A DNA stretch of 64,000 bases from Sulfurospirillaceae bacterium (GTDB lineage: Bacteria; Campylobacterota; Campylobacteria; Campylobacterales; Sulfurospirillaceae), in NCBI GenBank assembly GCA_033723415.1, contig JAWVXD010000003.1, positions 32,001 to 96,000 on the forward strand. The letters are read 5' to 3'. Below are positions 48,917-59,751 of the stretch, piece after piece (positions within the stretch are counted from its first letter, which is position 1; every line of letters begins with the position of its first letter). The notes under the pieces were generated by a model. It did no database searches. It had not been told where the DNA came from and saw only the letters and a program-made list of their open reading frames with translations. The position numbers were made by a program, and so were the translations under genes.

Positions 48917-50959
48917 ATGCAAGATATATTGAAAGAATTAAATAAAGAGCAGGAATCTGCAGCAACACACATTGATGGTCCTCTTCTTATTTTGGCAGGA
49001 GCCGGAAGCGGCAAGACAAAAACGATTACAACGAGAGTAGCTTATCTTATCTCACTTGGAATCGATCCTGCAAACATACTCACTCTCACATTTACAAATA
49101 AAGCGGCAAGTGAGATGAGAGATCGTGCACTTACTATGATAGGTCAAGTTAGATATCCTCCTATGCTTTGTACTTTCCATAAATTTGGACTTTTATTCTT
49201 AAAATTCAATATAAATAAGCTTGGAAGAAGCAATAATTTTGTCGTGATCGATACTGATGACAAAAAAAGGATTATAAAAAGTTTTGGTTCAGATCTTCCG
49301 ATTTCTCTTGTAGCCAGTGAGATATCACGTTATAAAAACTCACTAATTTCACCAAAAGATGTTTTCGATAAAGCAGAGCAAAAGAATTATAAAGCAATAG
49401 CAAAGTTATACGAGCAATACGAAAATTATATTTCCAGTAATAATTTAGTGGATTTTGATGATTTACTAGCACTTACATATAAGATCTTGGATACGGATGA
49501 GGAGCTTTGTGCGCAGACAAGTGAACGATACAAGTACATAATGGTAGATGAATACCAAGATACGAATGAACTACAATATAAACTTTTGAGAAAACTTTGC
49601 TCAAATCATGAAAATCTTTGTGTTGTCGGTGATGATGATCAAAGCATTTACGGTTGGAGAGGGGCAAATATAAAAAATATATTGGAGTTTCATAAATCGT
49701 TTGACGATGTGAAAATTACAAAGCTTGAGACAAACTACAGATCGACCAATCAGATACTAAAAGCTGCCAATGAACTTATCGATCACAATAGAGAGAGAAT
49801 AGGTAAAAAACTAGAAAGTGTTTTGGGAGATGGAAAAGATATTGAATTTATCGAATCACCGGATGAAAACTATGAATCTAAAAATATAGCCGCAAAGATT
49901 AAAAAACTTATAAACAGCGGAGTAGATCCAAAGAATATAGCAGTGCTTTATCGAATAAATGCTTTGAGTAGATCTTTGGAAGAGGGATTAAATAAAGAAG
50001 GCATCTCTTACAATATGGTCGGAGGCGTTAAGTTTTATGAGAGAACCGAGATTAAAGATCTAATCAGTTATCTCAGAATAATAACAAATGAAAATGATGA
50101 TTTTTCTATGAAAAGAGTTATCAACAAGCCAAAAAGAGGACTGGGAAAAGTCACTATAGATAAGTTATTTAGATTGGCATATGAAAATAAGATGTCTCTT
50201 TATGAGTATATTGTGACTCATGAAGATGAAGTGAAAAAGATCACAAGTGCTAAAAGTTTCATAGCCTTAGAAGAATTTATTCATAATATCCAAAAGTTAA
50301 AAGAGATAAGTACAAATAGTACGTATGATTTTATTTATGAGCTCGAAAATGCTATAAAGATACGAGAATATTACTCTATGATGCCAGATGCAATAGAGAG
50401 AGTATCAAATATAGATGAATTTTATGGTCTCTTTAGGGATTATATTAAACAAAATCCGGAAATGAGCGCTGAGGACTTTTTGAATGATTTGGCCTTACAA
50501 AGTGACCAAGATCATATAGATAACGAAAATATATCAATAATGAGCGTTCACGCAAGTAAAGGTTTGGAATTTGAATATCTTTTTGTTATTGGACTAGAAG
50601 AAGGATTTTTTCCTCTCATAGGCGATGGAAGCGATATAGAAGAAGAGAGAAGACTTGGCTATGTTGCGATAACTCGTGCAAAAAAAGAGTTGGTCCTAAG
50701 CTTTGTGAACAGTAGATTTTATAAGGGAAGAAGAACAGAGCTAAATAAAAGCAGATTTTTAAAAGAATCGGGTATCTGTAAAGGCAGTTTGGTGCTTGAG
50801 AGGACAACGTCTTTTAAAAAAGGCGATCTGGTCAAGCATAAGATATTTGGAATAGGGCGTATTTTTGAGATCAGCAAGGTAAAAAGAGAGTTTAAATTGA
50901 AGATAAATTTTAGCGGAACCAAAAGAGATATATTGGCTTCATTTATAGAAAAGATATGA
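48917..50959 (+). CDS. uvrD: UvrD/PcrA/Rep-family ATP-dependent DNA helicase
   Basis: AGAGSGKT, TFTNKAA, VDEYQDTN, GDDDQSIYGWRGA, NYRS, HASKGLEF, EEERRLGYVAITRA. Confidence 0.93.
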   Translation: MQDILKELNKEQESAATHIDGPLLILAGAGSGKTKTITTRVAYLISLGIDPANILTLTFTNKAASEMRDRALTMIGQVRYPPMLCTFHKFGLLFLKFNINKLGRSNNFVVIDTDDKKRIIKSFGSDLPISLVASEISRYKNSLISPKDVFDKAEQKNYKAIAKLYEQYENYISSNNLVDFDDLLALTYKILDTDEELCAQTSERYKYIMVDEYQDTNELQYKLLRKLCSNHENLCVVGDDDQSIYGWRGANIKNILEFHKSFDDVKITKLETNYRSTNQILKAANELIDHNRERIGKKLESVLGDGKDIEFIESPDENYESKNIAAKIKKLINSGVDPKNIAVLYRINALSRSLEEGLNKEGISYNMVGGVKFYERTEIKDLISYLRIITNENDDFSMKRVINKPKRGLGKVTIDKLFRLAYENKMSLYEYIVTHEDEVKKITSAKSFIALEEFIHNIQKLKEISTNSTYDFIYELENAIKIREYYSMMPDAIERVSNIDEFYGLFRDYIKQNPEMSAEDFLNDLALQSDQDHIDNENISIMSVHASKGLEFEYLFVIGLEEGFFPLIGDGSDIEEERRLGYVAITRAKKELVLSFVNSRFYKGRRTELNKSRFLKESGICKGSLVLERTTSFKKGDLVKHKIFGIGRIFEISKVKREFKLKINFSGTKRDILASFIEKI

Positions 50960-51777
50960 ATAGACTTTTCGTTGCGTATAAGCCGGAAGGGATTTCTTCA
51001 AACTTTTTTTTAAAAAAGATAAAAAAGAAATACAAAGTAAAGAAAGCCGGTTTTTCAGGAACTCTTGACCCGTTTGCAGGTGGCGTTTTAATCATGGCGT
51101 TTGGACAATTTACAAAGTTATTTAGATTCTTAGATAAAGCTCCGAAAACATACAGAGCGACTCTCTGGATAGGTGCTGATAGTCCCACGTTAGATATTGA
51201 AAAGATACAAGAAGTCAAAGAACTTATGCCATTTGCTATGGATTCTATCGATCTTGTTGCAAAGAGTTTTATAGGAGATATAGAGTACTATCCACCTAAA
51301 TATAGCGCTAAAATGATAGATGGTAGAAGAGCTTATGAATTAGCAAGAAAAGATAGTGATTTTGAGCTCAAAAAGATCAAAAGTACGATTTACGATTTTA
51401 AGGTACTTCATTATTTTCATCCTTTTTTGACTTTTGAGATAAGTATCAGTGAAGGCGGATATATAAGAAGTATAGGACATATTTTTGCTAAAAAATTAGG
51501 ATTCGAAGGCTCTCTTAGCTCATTAACTAGACTTAGTGAGGGAAAATTTGTATATGAGAATGAAAAAGAATTGAATCCTCTGGATTTTATTAGTATTGAC
51601 GAAAACGTATATCTTGGCGATATGGAAGATATAGAGTTGGGAAGAAAATTAGATAAAAGTGCGTTTAAGAGACAAGAAAACGGTATCTACAAGATAGTAG
51701 ATAATAATCACTTGGCTCTCATTGAATTAAAAGATAATGAGGTTGAGTATGTATTAAATAAGGTAAAATTGTGTTAA
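50956..51777 (+). CDS. truB: tRNA pseudouridine(55) synthase
   Basis: KAGFSGTLDPFAGGVL, PPKYSA..IDGRRAYELAR, GGYIRS. Confidence 0.96.
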   Translation: MNRLFVAYKPEGISSNFFLKKIKKKYKVKKAGFSGTLDPFAGGVLIMAFGQFTKLFRFLDKAPKTYRATLWIGADSPTLDIEKIQEVKELMPFAMDSIDLVAKSFIGDIEYYPPKYSAKMIDGRRAYELARKDSDFELKKIKSTIYDFKVLHYFHPFLTFEISISEGGYIRSIGHIFAKKLGFEGSLSSLTRLSEGKFVYENEKELNPLDFISIDENVYLGDMEDIELGRKLDKSAFKRQENGIYKIVDNNHLALIELKDNEVEYVLNKVKLC

Positions 51778-52001
51778 TACTATCAAGGAAAGTAGGAGAA
51801 TCAATACTCCTAGACGATAAGATTTCCATAACAGTCGTAGAGGTTTCCAAAGGCATTGTAAGACTTGGGATAGATGCTCCAAAAGAAGTTTTGATTTTAA
51901 GAAAAGAGCTTGAAGAAGCAGTTAAAGAGAGCAATATAAAAGCTGTGCAAAATATCAATTTATCGGATCTTAGCTTACTAAGTCAGAAATTAAAAAAATG
52001 A
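51771..52001 (+). CDS. csrA: Carbon storage regulator CsrA
   Basis: MLILSRKVGESI, VRLGIDAPKEVLILRKEL; GTG start. Confidence 0.96.
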   Translation: MLILSRKVGESILLDDKISITVVEVSKGIVRLGIDAPKEVLILRKELEEAVKESNIKAVQNINLSDLSLLSQKLKK

Positions 52002-52777
52002 AATATAAAGCATATGCAAAAGTAAATATTTTTCTCAAGATCGTAGGAATACGAGGAAATTATCATGAGATAAAATCAAGATTTATGCTTGTTGCAAATC
52101 TATTTGACGAACTATCTTTTGTAAAAAAGAAAACAAAAGAGAAATTTGAACTTCATGGAGATTTTGGATGTGAACTGTCTAAAAATACAATATACAAGGC
52201 TTATATAGCACTTTGTGAAGCAGGATTTGCTAAAGAATTAGATAAATTATTTGATTCATATGCTGTTTCAGTGGAAAAAAACATACCTTCTTTTGCAGGA
52301 CTTGGCGGTGGGAGTAGTGATGCTGCTGCATTTATGCATATGATTGTCGATCATACGAATTTAGACTTAAACGATGAAGAACTTGCGAAGATAGGTCTCA
52401 AAGTCGGTGCAGATGTCCCATTTTTTATATACAATTTTAAAAGTGCAAATGTCAGCGGTATCGGAGAAATTGTAGAAAAATTTGAAGAAGTTCCTCTTGA
52501 ACTGGAAGTCTTTACACCTGATATAAAGTGCGATACGGCAGAAGTTTATAAGACATTTAGAGAAAATTGTACAATTGATTTAGAATTATCTGATAAAATG
52601 TTTAGAACAAAAAGCAAAGTTTTGTTGGAAACTTATAAAGATAAAGAACTTAATGATCTTTTGGGACCGGCTTTGCAGATAAGCAAAAAATTAGAAGACT
52701 ATAGAAGAAAAAATTGGTTTTTTAGCGGTAGCGGAAGTAGTTTTTTTAGATTAAAAGAAACGGATAAAAATGGGTGA
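51998..52777 (+). CDS. ispE: 4-diphosphocytidyl-2-C-methyl-D-erythritol kinase
   Basis: AKVNIFLKI, KNIP..AGLGGGSSDAA, GADVPFF, SGSGSS. Confidence 0.96.
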   Translation: MKYKAYAKVNIFLKIVGIRGNYHEIKSRFMLVANLFDELSFVKKKTKEKFELHGDFGCELSKNTIYKAYIALCEAGFAKELDKLFDSYAVSVEKNIPSFAGLGGGSSDAAAFMHMIVDHTNLDLNDEELAKIGLKVGADVPFFIYNFKSANVSGIGEIVEKFEEVPLELEVFTPDIKCDTAEVYKTFRENCTIDLELSDKMFRTKSKVLLETYKDKELNDLLGPALQISKKLEDYRRKNWFFSGSGSSFFRLKETDKNG

Positions 52778-53225
52778 AACGATAGCAAGAAATAAAAAAG
52801 CATATCATGATTATGAGATATTAGAAAAATATGAAGCCGGAATTGAGCTAAAGGGCAGTGAAGTAAAAGCTATAAGATTAGGTAGAGTAAATCTCAAAGA
52901 TTCATTTGTGAAGATTATAAAAGGTGAGCCTTTCCTTTTTGGTATGCATGTTTCACATATGCAAAGTGTCAATATTCATTTTGCACCTGATGAACGAAGA
53001 GAGAGAAAACTTCTATTGCATAAAAGAGAGATTCAAAAGTTAGAGCAAAAAGTGAAAAAAGACGGTTTGACCATAGTCGCACTTAGCATCTATTTTAATT
53101 CAAAAAATCTTGCTAAGCTCCAGATTGCACTAGTGCGAGGGAAAGCACTGCATGACAAGAGAGAAGCTCTTAAAGAAAAAGATGCTAAAAGGGAAGCAGC
53201 CCGTGCTGTGAAAGATTTTGGATAG
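52770..53225 (+). CDS. smpB: SsrA-binding protein
   Basis: NKKAYHDY, EAGIELKGSEVKAIR, RKLLLHKREI, GK..HDKRE. Confidence 0.98.
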   Translation: MGETIARNKKAYHDYEILEKYEAGIELKGSEVKAIRLGRVNLKDSFVKIIKGEPFLFGMHVSHMQSVNIHFAPDERRERKLLLHKREIQKLEQKVKKDGLTIVALSIYFNSKNLAKLQIALVRGKALHDKREALKEKDAKREAARAVKDFG

Positions 53226-53234
53226 GATATAAAA

Positions 53235-53543
53235 ATGGCTAAAATGAATGAAGAATTTGAAAGTGACTTTGCAGAAAAATTAGAGATAAAAGAGCCAAAA
53301 TTATATAAGGTAAGATTGTTAAATGACGATTTTACAAGTATGGATTTTGTTATAATGGTTTTGATGGAGCTGTTTCATCTAAGCAGCAACAAAGCTGCTG
53401 CAATCATGTATAAGATTCACGAAGAAGGTTCAGCTGTTTGTGGAGTTTTCACTTATGAAATAGCTGAAACAAAAGTAGCTCAGGTTCATGCACTGGCAAA
53501 AGAACATAATTTTCCACTAAGAGCTACTATGGAAGAGGAGTAA
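53235..53543 (+). CDS. clpS: Clp protease adaptor ClpS
   Basis: LLNDDFTSMDFV, IHEEG, YEIAETK, FPL. Confidence 0.96.
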   Translation: MAKMNEEFESDFAEKLEIKEPKLYKVRLLNDDFTSMDFVIMVLMELFHLSSNKAAAIMYKIHEEGSAVCGVFTYEIAETKVAQVHALAKEHNFPLRATMEEE

Positions 53544-53547
53544 GACA

Positions 53548-55731
53548 ATGGTAAGTCAAGAATTAAATATGCTTTTTAGCGATGCCTTAAAGTTTGTCAA
53601 AGAACATAAATATGAATATATAACGATAGAGCATCTATTTTTTTCAATGTTACAAAATGAATCTATACTTGAAGTCTTGAAAAAATGTAATGCCGATGTC
53701 GATGAAATGTCAAATTCTTTAAGAAAATATTTCGGTATGTATTCTCCTATCGTTGTAACTAAAGAAGACTATGAGCCGTTTGAGAGCGTTGCACTATCAC
53801 GTGTTATAGAAAATATGATGCTACACTCTAAATCAAGTGGAAAAATGGAAGCAAGTGTTTATGATCTTTTGGTTTCTATCTTTCAAGAAGAGAACTCTTT
53901 TAGTGCGTTATTATTGGAAAAACAAGGTATTAGTCGGCTAGATGTATTGGAAGCGATTACAAGCTTGACTTCGCCTGAGATGAAAGATGAGGAACAAGAA
54001 GATAACGTACTCAAAAAATATTGTCTAAATTTGACGTCTTTGGCAAAACAAAACAAACTAGATCCTTTGATCGGACGGATAGATGAATGTGATAGAGTGA
54101 TTCAAGTTTTATGCAGAAGAAAGAAAAATAATCCGCTATTGGTTGGGGAGCCAGGAGTCGGTAAAACCGCCGTAGTTGAAGGACTTGCTCAGATGATAGT
54201 CGAGCAAAAAGTTCCTAAAATTTTGGCAAATGCTTCCTTATATGCACTTGACATGGGCTCTTTATTATCCGGTACCAAGTACAGAGGAGATTTTGAAAAA
54301 AGACTAAAAGAGATACTAAACGAACTTGAAAAAGAGGAAAATTCTATACTTTTTATAGATGAAATCCACACTATAGTCGGTGCAGGAGCTACAAGTGGGG
54401 GTTCTATGGATCTATCCAATCTACTCAAACCTTCTTTAGCAAGCGGCAAGATGAAGTGTATCGGGGCTACGACTTATGGTGAATTTAGAAATTTCTTTGA
54501 CAAAGATCGAGCATTGAGCCGAAGATTTTCAAAGATCGACATAGATGAACCAAGTATAGAAGATAGCTATAAAATACTTTTAGGACTTAAAGAGAAATAT
54601 GAAAAACACCATGGGGTAAAGTATCCGCCTGCTGTTTTGAAAACAACGGTAGAGCTTGCAAAAAAATATATAAATGATAGATTTCTCCCAGATTCTGCGA
54701 TAGATCTCGTAGATGAAGTCGGAGCATCTTTTCACCTGCTAAAGAGAAAACGAAGAAGTGTCAGTATTAATGACATTGAAAATATTTTGGAAAAAATAGC
54801 TCATATGCCTAATCGTCATGTCAATGCGGATGAAGGTGAGGTGATCGCTGGTTTGGAAAAAAATCTAAAATCAAAAGTTTTTGGACAAGATGCCGCAATT
54901 CATGCTCTAGTCAAAGCTATCAAAAGATCTCGTGCAGGACTTGGGAATGCAGAAGCTCCTATCGGAGCATTTTTATTTGCTGGACCTACCGGGGTCGGTA
55001 AAACTGAAGTGGCAAAACAATTGGCAGATCAGCTTGGAGTGAATTTTGAGCGATATGATATGAGTGAATATATGGAAAAGCACACCGTCAGTAGACTCAT
55101 AGGCGCACCTCCAGGATATGTTGGATTTGAAGATGGCGGACAGTTAACGGAGAGTATTAAAAAACATCCATATTCTGTTTTACTTTTAGATGAGATCGAA
55201 AAAGCGCATCCAGATCTTTTAAATGTACTATTGCAGATTTTTGATGGAGCTGTTTTGACAGATAACAATGGCATCAAGACTGATTTTAGAAATGTTATCA
55301 TCATCATGACCTCAAATCTTGGTTCAAAAGAGGGTGTTCATGTCGGATTTCAAAAAGAAGAGTCATTTAAAGCTGATAGCGCCATAAAAGATTTCTTTGC
55401 TCCTGAATTCAGAAATAGATTGGATGATATTATACATTTTAGACCGCTAAGCGAAGATATCATGATAAGCATAGTACAAAAAATGATAGATGAATTAGAG
55501 AACCAGCTAAAAGATAAAAAGATAAAAATAGTATTGACGTTGGCTGCAAAAAAATATTTGGCAAAAGAGGGTTACAGTTCTGATATGGGTGCTCGCGTCA
55601 TGCGAAGAGTCATACAAGAGAAGATAAAGACTCCTCTAAGCGATGAGATACTTTTTGGTAAGCTCAAAAATGGCGGAACCGTTAGTATTGACTACAAAAA
55701 GCAAAACTTGACTTTTAAATATGAGCATTGA
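53548..55731 (+). CDS. clpA: ATP-dependent Clp protease ATPase ClpA
   Basis: Two AAA modules (GEPGVGKT; GPTGVGKTE), no M-domain, GAPPGYVG, VGF loop; follows clpS. Confidence 0.96.
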   Translation: MVSQELNMLFSDALKFVKEHKYEYITIEHLFFSMLQNESILEVLKKCNADVDEMSNSLRKYFGMYSPIVVTKEDYEPFESVALSRVIENMMLHSKSSGKMEASVYDLLVSIFQEENSFSALLLEKQGISRLDVLEAITSLTSPEMKDEEQEDNVLKKYCLNLTSLAKQNKLDPLIGRIDECDRVIQVLCRRKKNNPLLVGEPGVGKTAVVEGLAQMIVEQKVPKILANASLYALDMGSLLSGTKYRGDFEKRLKEILNELEKEENSILFIDEIHTIVGAGATSGGSMDLSNLLKPSLASGKMKCIGATTYGEFRNFFDKDRALSRRFSKIDIDEPSIEDSYKILLGLKEKYEKHHGVKYPPAVLKTTVELAKKYINDRFLPDSAIDLVDEVGASFHLLKRKRRSVSINDIENILEKIAHMPNRHVNADEGEVIAGLEKNLKSKVFGQDAAIHALVKAIKRSRAGLGNAEAPIGAFLFAGPTGVGKTEVAKQLADQLGVNFERYDMSEYMEKHTVSRLIGAPPGYVGFEDGGQLTESIKKHPYSVLLLDEIEKAHPDLLNVLLQIFDGAVLTDNNGIKTDFRNVIIIMTSNLGSKEGVHVGFQKEESFKADSAIKDFFAPEFRNRLDDIIHFRPLSEDIMISIVQKMIDELENQLKDKKIKIVLTLAAKKYLAKEGYSSDMGARVMRRVIQEKIKTPLSDEILFGKLKNGGTVSIDYKKQNLTFKYEH

Positions 55732-55734
55732 TAA

Positions 55735-56421
55735 TTGAGTGAAGATAAATATATACCAAAGTTAAATGCCTTTTCATACATCTTCCCAAATCCGACAGAG
55801 GCTCATAAAACAGGACTTCTTGCTTGGGGTGGGGATTTAAATAAAGATAGAGTCTTAAGTGCTTATGCCCAGGGAATTTTCCCTTGGTATAATGAAACAG
55901 ATCCCATTCTCTGGTGGTCACCGGATCCTAGACTTGTCCTTTTCCCTAAAGATATAAAAATTTCCAAAAGCCTCAAAAAAAATTTGAAAAAATTTGAAAT
56001 CAGATATGATACTAATTTTGACCAAGTAATACGCTCTTGTAGAATGACAAGAGTCGAAAACGGAGACAAAAGCTGGATAAATGACGACCTTGTAGATCTT
56101 TTTAATATTTTACATGAAGAGAAATTTGCGCATAGTGTTGAAACTTATTATGATGGCGAGTTGGTCGGTGGATTATATGGATTGTACTTAGGAGGGATGT
56201 TTTGCGGAGAATCGATGTTTAGTGTAAGATCGGATGCTTCAAAGGCGGCATTGGTTGGATTATGTAATAAGATAGTTGAGTTGGGCGGAGATTTTATAGA
56301 TTGTCAAATTCCGACCGAGCATTTAAAATCTTTAGGAGCAAAAGAAGTGAAACGAGAGGTTTTTTTAAATTTGACAAGAGAATCATTGGAAACTAAAAGT
56401 TATTTTGGGAGTTGGTCATGA
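55735..56421 (+). CDS. aat: Leucyl/phenylalanyl-tRNA--protein transferase
   Basis: AYAQGIFPW, WWSPDPR, GGLYG, FCGESMFS, IDCQ..T.HL.SLGA. Confidence 0.96.
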   Translation: MSEDKYIPKLNAFSYIFPNPTEAHKTGLLAWGGDLNKDRVLSAYAQGIFPWYNETDPILWWSPDPRLVLFPKDIKISKSLKKNLKKFEIRYDTNFDQVIRSCRMTRVENGDKSWINDDLVDLFNILHEEKFAHSVETYYDGELVGGLYGLYLGGMFCGESMFSVRSDASKAALVGLCNKIVELGGDFIDCQIPTEHLKSLGAKEVKREVFLNLTRESLETKSYFGSWS

Positions 56422-57314
56422 TAGAACAGATCGCTCCCGTATTTTTATTTGTTTTAATAGGATATATCTTTAAAGTACTCAAAGAGGATATCTCTCATGA
56501 ATTGACAGAATTTGTTATATATTTTTCGCTTCCGGCTCTTGCTCTCTCAAAAATAAGACATCTTGAGTTTAACGACATTATTTTTAAAGTTATCGCTATC
56601 AGTTATGCAGCTATGTTTATAGCTTTTGTACTCTCTTTGATTGTCGGAAAGCTTTTAAAACTCTCAAAAAAAGATTTGGCTACCTTTATGATCGTTTCTA
56701 TTTTTGGAAACACGTCTTTTGTCGGATTTTCTTATATAGAGTCTTTGTATTCTATGAAAGAAGTTGTATATGCACTTGTTTATGATCAGCTCGGATCATT
56801 TGTGGCGCTTTTGACTTTTGGTGTTGCGATCATATCTTGGGGTGCAGACAAAAAAGAAGGATACAGTACCAGTGTATTAAAGCAAATATTTCTATCTCCT
56901 CCACTTATAGCTATAGTAGTGGCAGTCTATTTTCACGGGGTACATTTTCCTCATTATTTAGAAGGTATTTTGGATAAACTTCAAGCTACGTTGATACCGC
57001 TTGTTACCATTATCGTCGGTATGAAATTAGAACTAAAGTCCTTAGGTAGTTACTTCAAGGAAAATGTTTTGGCTCTTTTTATCAAAATGTTCTTGACTCC
57101 ATTGGCTATGCTTGGTCTCATGTATGTATTTTTGGATATGCATAAAACCTGGTCGAAAGTGACGTTCTTAGAGATCGCAATGCCACCGATGACCATGGCT
57201 ACAGTGTACGCTATCAAAGGCGGATTAAATAAAAATCTAGCGATAAATGCGCTGGCTCTTGGAATACTGGTATCATTTGTAAGCATTGTAGCTTGGAATA
57301 TGTTGATAAGTTAA
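56418..57314 (+). CDS. AEC (auxin efflux carrier) family transporter
   Basis: About 10 TM; FSLPAL, FGNTSFVG, SPPLIA, AMPP. Confidence 0.88.
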   Translation: MIEQIAPVFLFVLIGYIFKVLKEDISHELTEFVIYFSLPALALSKIRHLEFNDIIFKVIAISYAAMFIAFVLSLIVGKLLKLSKKDLATFMIVSIFGNTSFVGFSYIESLYSMKEVVYALVYDQLGSFVALLTFGVAIISWGADKKEGYSTSVLKQIFLSPPLIAIVVAVYFHGVHFPHYLEGILDKLQATLIPLVTIIVGMKLELKSLGSYFKENVLALFIKMFLTPLAMLGLMYVFLDMHKTWSKVTFLEIAMPPMTMATVYAIKGGLNKNLAINALALGILVSFVSIVAWNMLIS

Positions 57315-57322
57315 AAAACAAT

Positions 57323-57775
57323 ATGAGATTATTTGTAGATGGGGATGCATTCCCAAATATTCTAAAACCTATACTATTTCGAGCTATACAAAGGCTTAGT
57401 CTGGAAACATTTGTTGTTTCAAATAAACGTGTCGATATCGGAAAATCAGATCATATCCAATACATCATAGTCGAAGCAGGAGCAGATGAGGCAGATCATA
57501 AGATTGTAGAAATGGCGCTTGATGGAGATTTGGTTATAACAGCAGATATTCCTCTGGCAGATAGGATTATCAGTAAAAATGCACATGCAATCGATCATAG
57601 AGGTGAGCTCTACAGTGTAGATAATATAAAACAATATTTAGCTATGAGAAACCTGATGCAAGAGATAAGAGACTGTGGTGAGAAAACAAGAGGCCCTGCA
57701 CCTTTTGGTAGTAAAGATGCACATGAATTTGCAAATCAATTAAATGCTTTTTTTACTAGAAAGAAAGTGCTATAA
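57323..57775 (+). CDS. YaiI/YqxD (UPF0178) family protein
   Basis: MRLFVDGDA.P, GADEAD, DLVITADIPLA, GPAPF. Confidence 0.92.
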   Translation: MRLFVDGDAFPNILKPILFRAIQRLSLETFVVSNKRVDIGKSDHIQYIIVEAGADEADHKIVEMALDGDLVITADIPLADRIISKNAHAIDHRGELYSVDNIKQYLAMRNLMQEIRDCGEKTRGPAPFGSKDAHEFANQLNAFFTRKKVL

Positions 57776-57780
57776 AAGAG

Positions 57781-58581
57781 CTATTTTACGAAGGCAGCAC
57801 TCATATATCCCACAACATTATTTTTGTCTCCGCTCGTGTCAGCACTTGTTCTATAATCTAGGAGTATAGATCTTAATCCTTTCTGTTTTGCACAAATAAG
57901 CATTGCCTCAACTCCTGTTCTTCCACATGCTTCACATCCTTGATGAAGTTTAGAAATATCTAGTTGTTCTACTGCATCAAGACAAATATTATCTAGTATA
58001 TTCGCCTTTTTGATGTCGTAATAATGGCTTAGATCTGTACTTATGACGACTAAGTTACGAGGATCGTCTAGTATAAAATCTATAATCTCTGCTAATTCTG
58101 AGGGAATTTGTTTCCCATATACCAATTCTACAACTGATGTGTTTGGAAGATAGTGTTTGATAAAAGGCATTTGGACTTCAGTACTGTGTTCAAAATGAGC
58201 ATCGGGATGGAGATATAAGTTAAATTTTGTTTTTAATTCATTTATTAACGTTTCATCAATCGGGAGATCACCAAAAGGTGTTTCATAGCGCTCATAATCA
58301 GAAATACTGATTCCATTTATATATGCATGATGACTAGGCCCTATGACTACTACACATCTTGCTTCACTGTTCTTTAGTACTCTATAAGCTATATTAGCCG
58401 TAAATCCAGAGTATATATAGCCAGCATGCGGAACGATTATAGCTTTGGGCTTTATATCTAATAATTTGAGTTCATCTATATTCTCATCCAATATTTTGTT
58501 GTAATTTGTAAACATGTCATCGATCTCATGAGAATTGTTTGGATAGAACTGTCCGGCTACAACTGTTTTTCTGATAGTCAT
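57781..58581 (-). CDS. amrB: AmmeMemoRadiSam system protein B (MEMO1 family)
   Basis: VAGQFYP, PHAGYIYSG, GPSHH, EHSTEVQMPF, STDLSHY, ACG, VVGY. Confidence 0.93.
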   Translation of the reverse strand: MTIRKTVVAGQFYPNNSHEIDDMFTNYNKILDENIDELKLLDIKPKAIIVPHAGYIYSGFTANIAYRVLKNSEARCVVVIGPSHHAYINGISISDYERYETPFGDLPIDETLINELKTKFNLYLHPDAHFEHSTEVQMPFIKHYLPNTSVVELVYGKQIPSELAEIIDFILDDPRNLVVISTDLSHYYDIKKANILDNICLDAVEQLDISKLHQGCEACGRTGVEAMLICAKQKGLRSILLDYRTSADTSGDKNNVVGYMSAAFVK

Positions 58582-58662
58582 ATCAAACTCCTTATTACAT
58601 AAATAGTTTTCTAATCAGCTTTATTTTATCACTAAAAATGAATTCATGCAAAGTTGTAGAAG

Positions 58663-59655
58663 TTATTTCCAAATACCTTCTATAACTCTATTGCAGTTTG
58701 GGCATTTATCAGCATTCATATCATTTTGTATAATACTAAATCCTTCTCTTTCAATCAAAAGAGTACCACAATCTGGGCAATATGTATTTGCATGTGTTGG
58801 AACATTTCCCATATAAACATAATACAGTCCAGCTTCTTTTGCGATCTTACTAGCGCGCTCAAGTGTTCTTATAGTTGTATATTGATGATCTTGCATCTTA
58901 TAATCAGGGTGAAATGCGCTTAGGTGCCAAGGAACATGAGCTCCTAGATCATTGGCTATAAATGAAGCCATTTCTCTTAAATCGTTATCCGAGTCATTGT
59001 CTCCTTCTATCAAAAGAGTCGTGACTTCTACCCAAATTCCTAATGATACCATTTTCCTAAGTGTGCTTTTAACAGCTTCAAGTCCACCTTTTAGAACTTT
59101 TTTGTAGTAGCCCTCATCCCAGCTTTTAAGATCTACATTGGCAGCTTCACACCAAGCTCTCATATCTTCAACTACTTCTGGAGATTCAAACCCGTTTGTA
59201 ACAAATATATTTTTGATTCCTTGTTCTCTAGCGAGTGTTCCTATATCTTTTGCATAAGGATAAAAAATAGTAGGTTCATTGTATGTGTATGCAATAGAAC
59301 TTACATCATTTTCTATAGCCAATTCTACCATTCTTTTTGGACTTATATTGATGCTTTCATCTATTTTGTGCTCTTGAGAAATCTCCCAGTTTTGGCAAAA
59401 TGGACATTTAAAGTTGCATCCAACAGTACCAAAAGATAGAGCTTTGGTGCCGGCTAACATATGAAATATAGGTTTTTTTTCTATCGGGTCTATATGAAGG
59501 GCACTAGGATGCCCGTAAACCAGTGTTTTTAATACTCCATTTTCATTTTTATTGACACCGCAAATGCCGACACTGTCAAGCTTGATTTTACAATAATGCT
59601 GACATAGCATACAGATAATTCTATCTTTTCCTTCTATTTCTTGATAGTATTTCAT
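58663..59655 (-). CDS. amrS: AmmeMemoRadiSam system radical SAM enzyme
   Basis: CMLCQHYC, DPIEKKP, GCNFKCPFCQNWEISQ, AYTYNEP, C-terminal CPDC...CPNC. Confidence 0.94.
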   Translation of the reverse strand: MKYYQEIEGKDRIICMLCQHYCKIKLDSVGICGVNKNENGVLKTLVYGHPSALHIDPIEKKPIFHMLAGTKALSFGTVGCNFKCPFCQNWEISQEHKIDESINISPKRMVELAIENDVSSIAYTYNEPTIFYPYAKDIGTLAREQGIKNIFVTNGFESPEVVEDMRAWCEAANVDLKSWDEGYYKKVLKGGLEAVKSTLRKMVSLGIWVEVTTLLIEGDNDSDNDLREMASFIANDLGAHVPWHLSAFHPDYKMQDHQYTTIRTLERASKIAKEAGLYYVYMGNVPTHANTYCPDCGTLLIEREGFSIIQNDMNADKCPNCNRVIEGIWK

Positions 59656-59751
59656 TTAGTTACCCTCAGTAATAAACTTTATGTATCTTGACCACATATC
59701 AAAATGTGATCTACTATTTGTGAGACAAGATTATGATAACTAATATATTTC

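Noticed and set aside
59688..59702. TTGA-N7-TCAA upstream of amrS as a third Nss box
   Set aside because: Spacer is 7 rather than 6 and no -10 lies at the 22-bp spacing; more likely part of an imperfect hairpin after the lipoprotein gene
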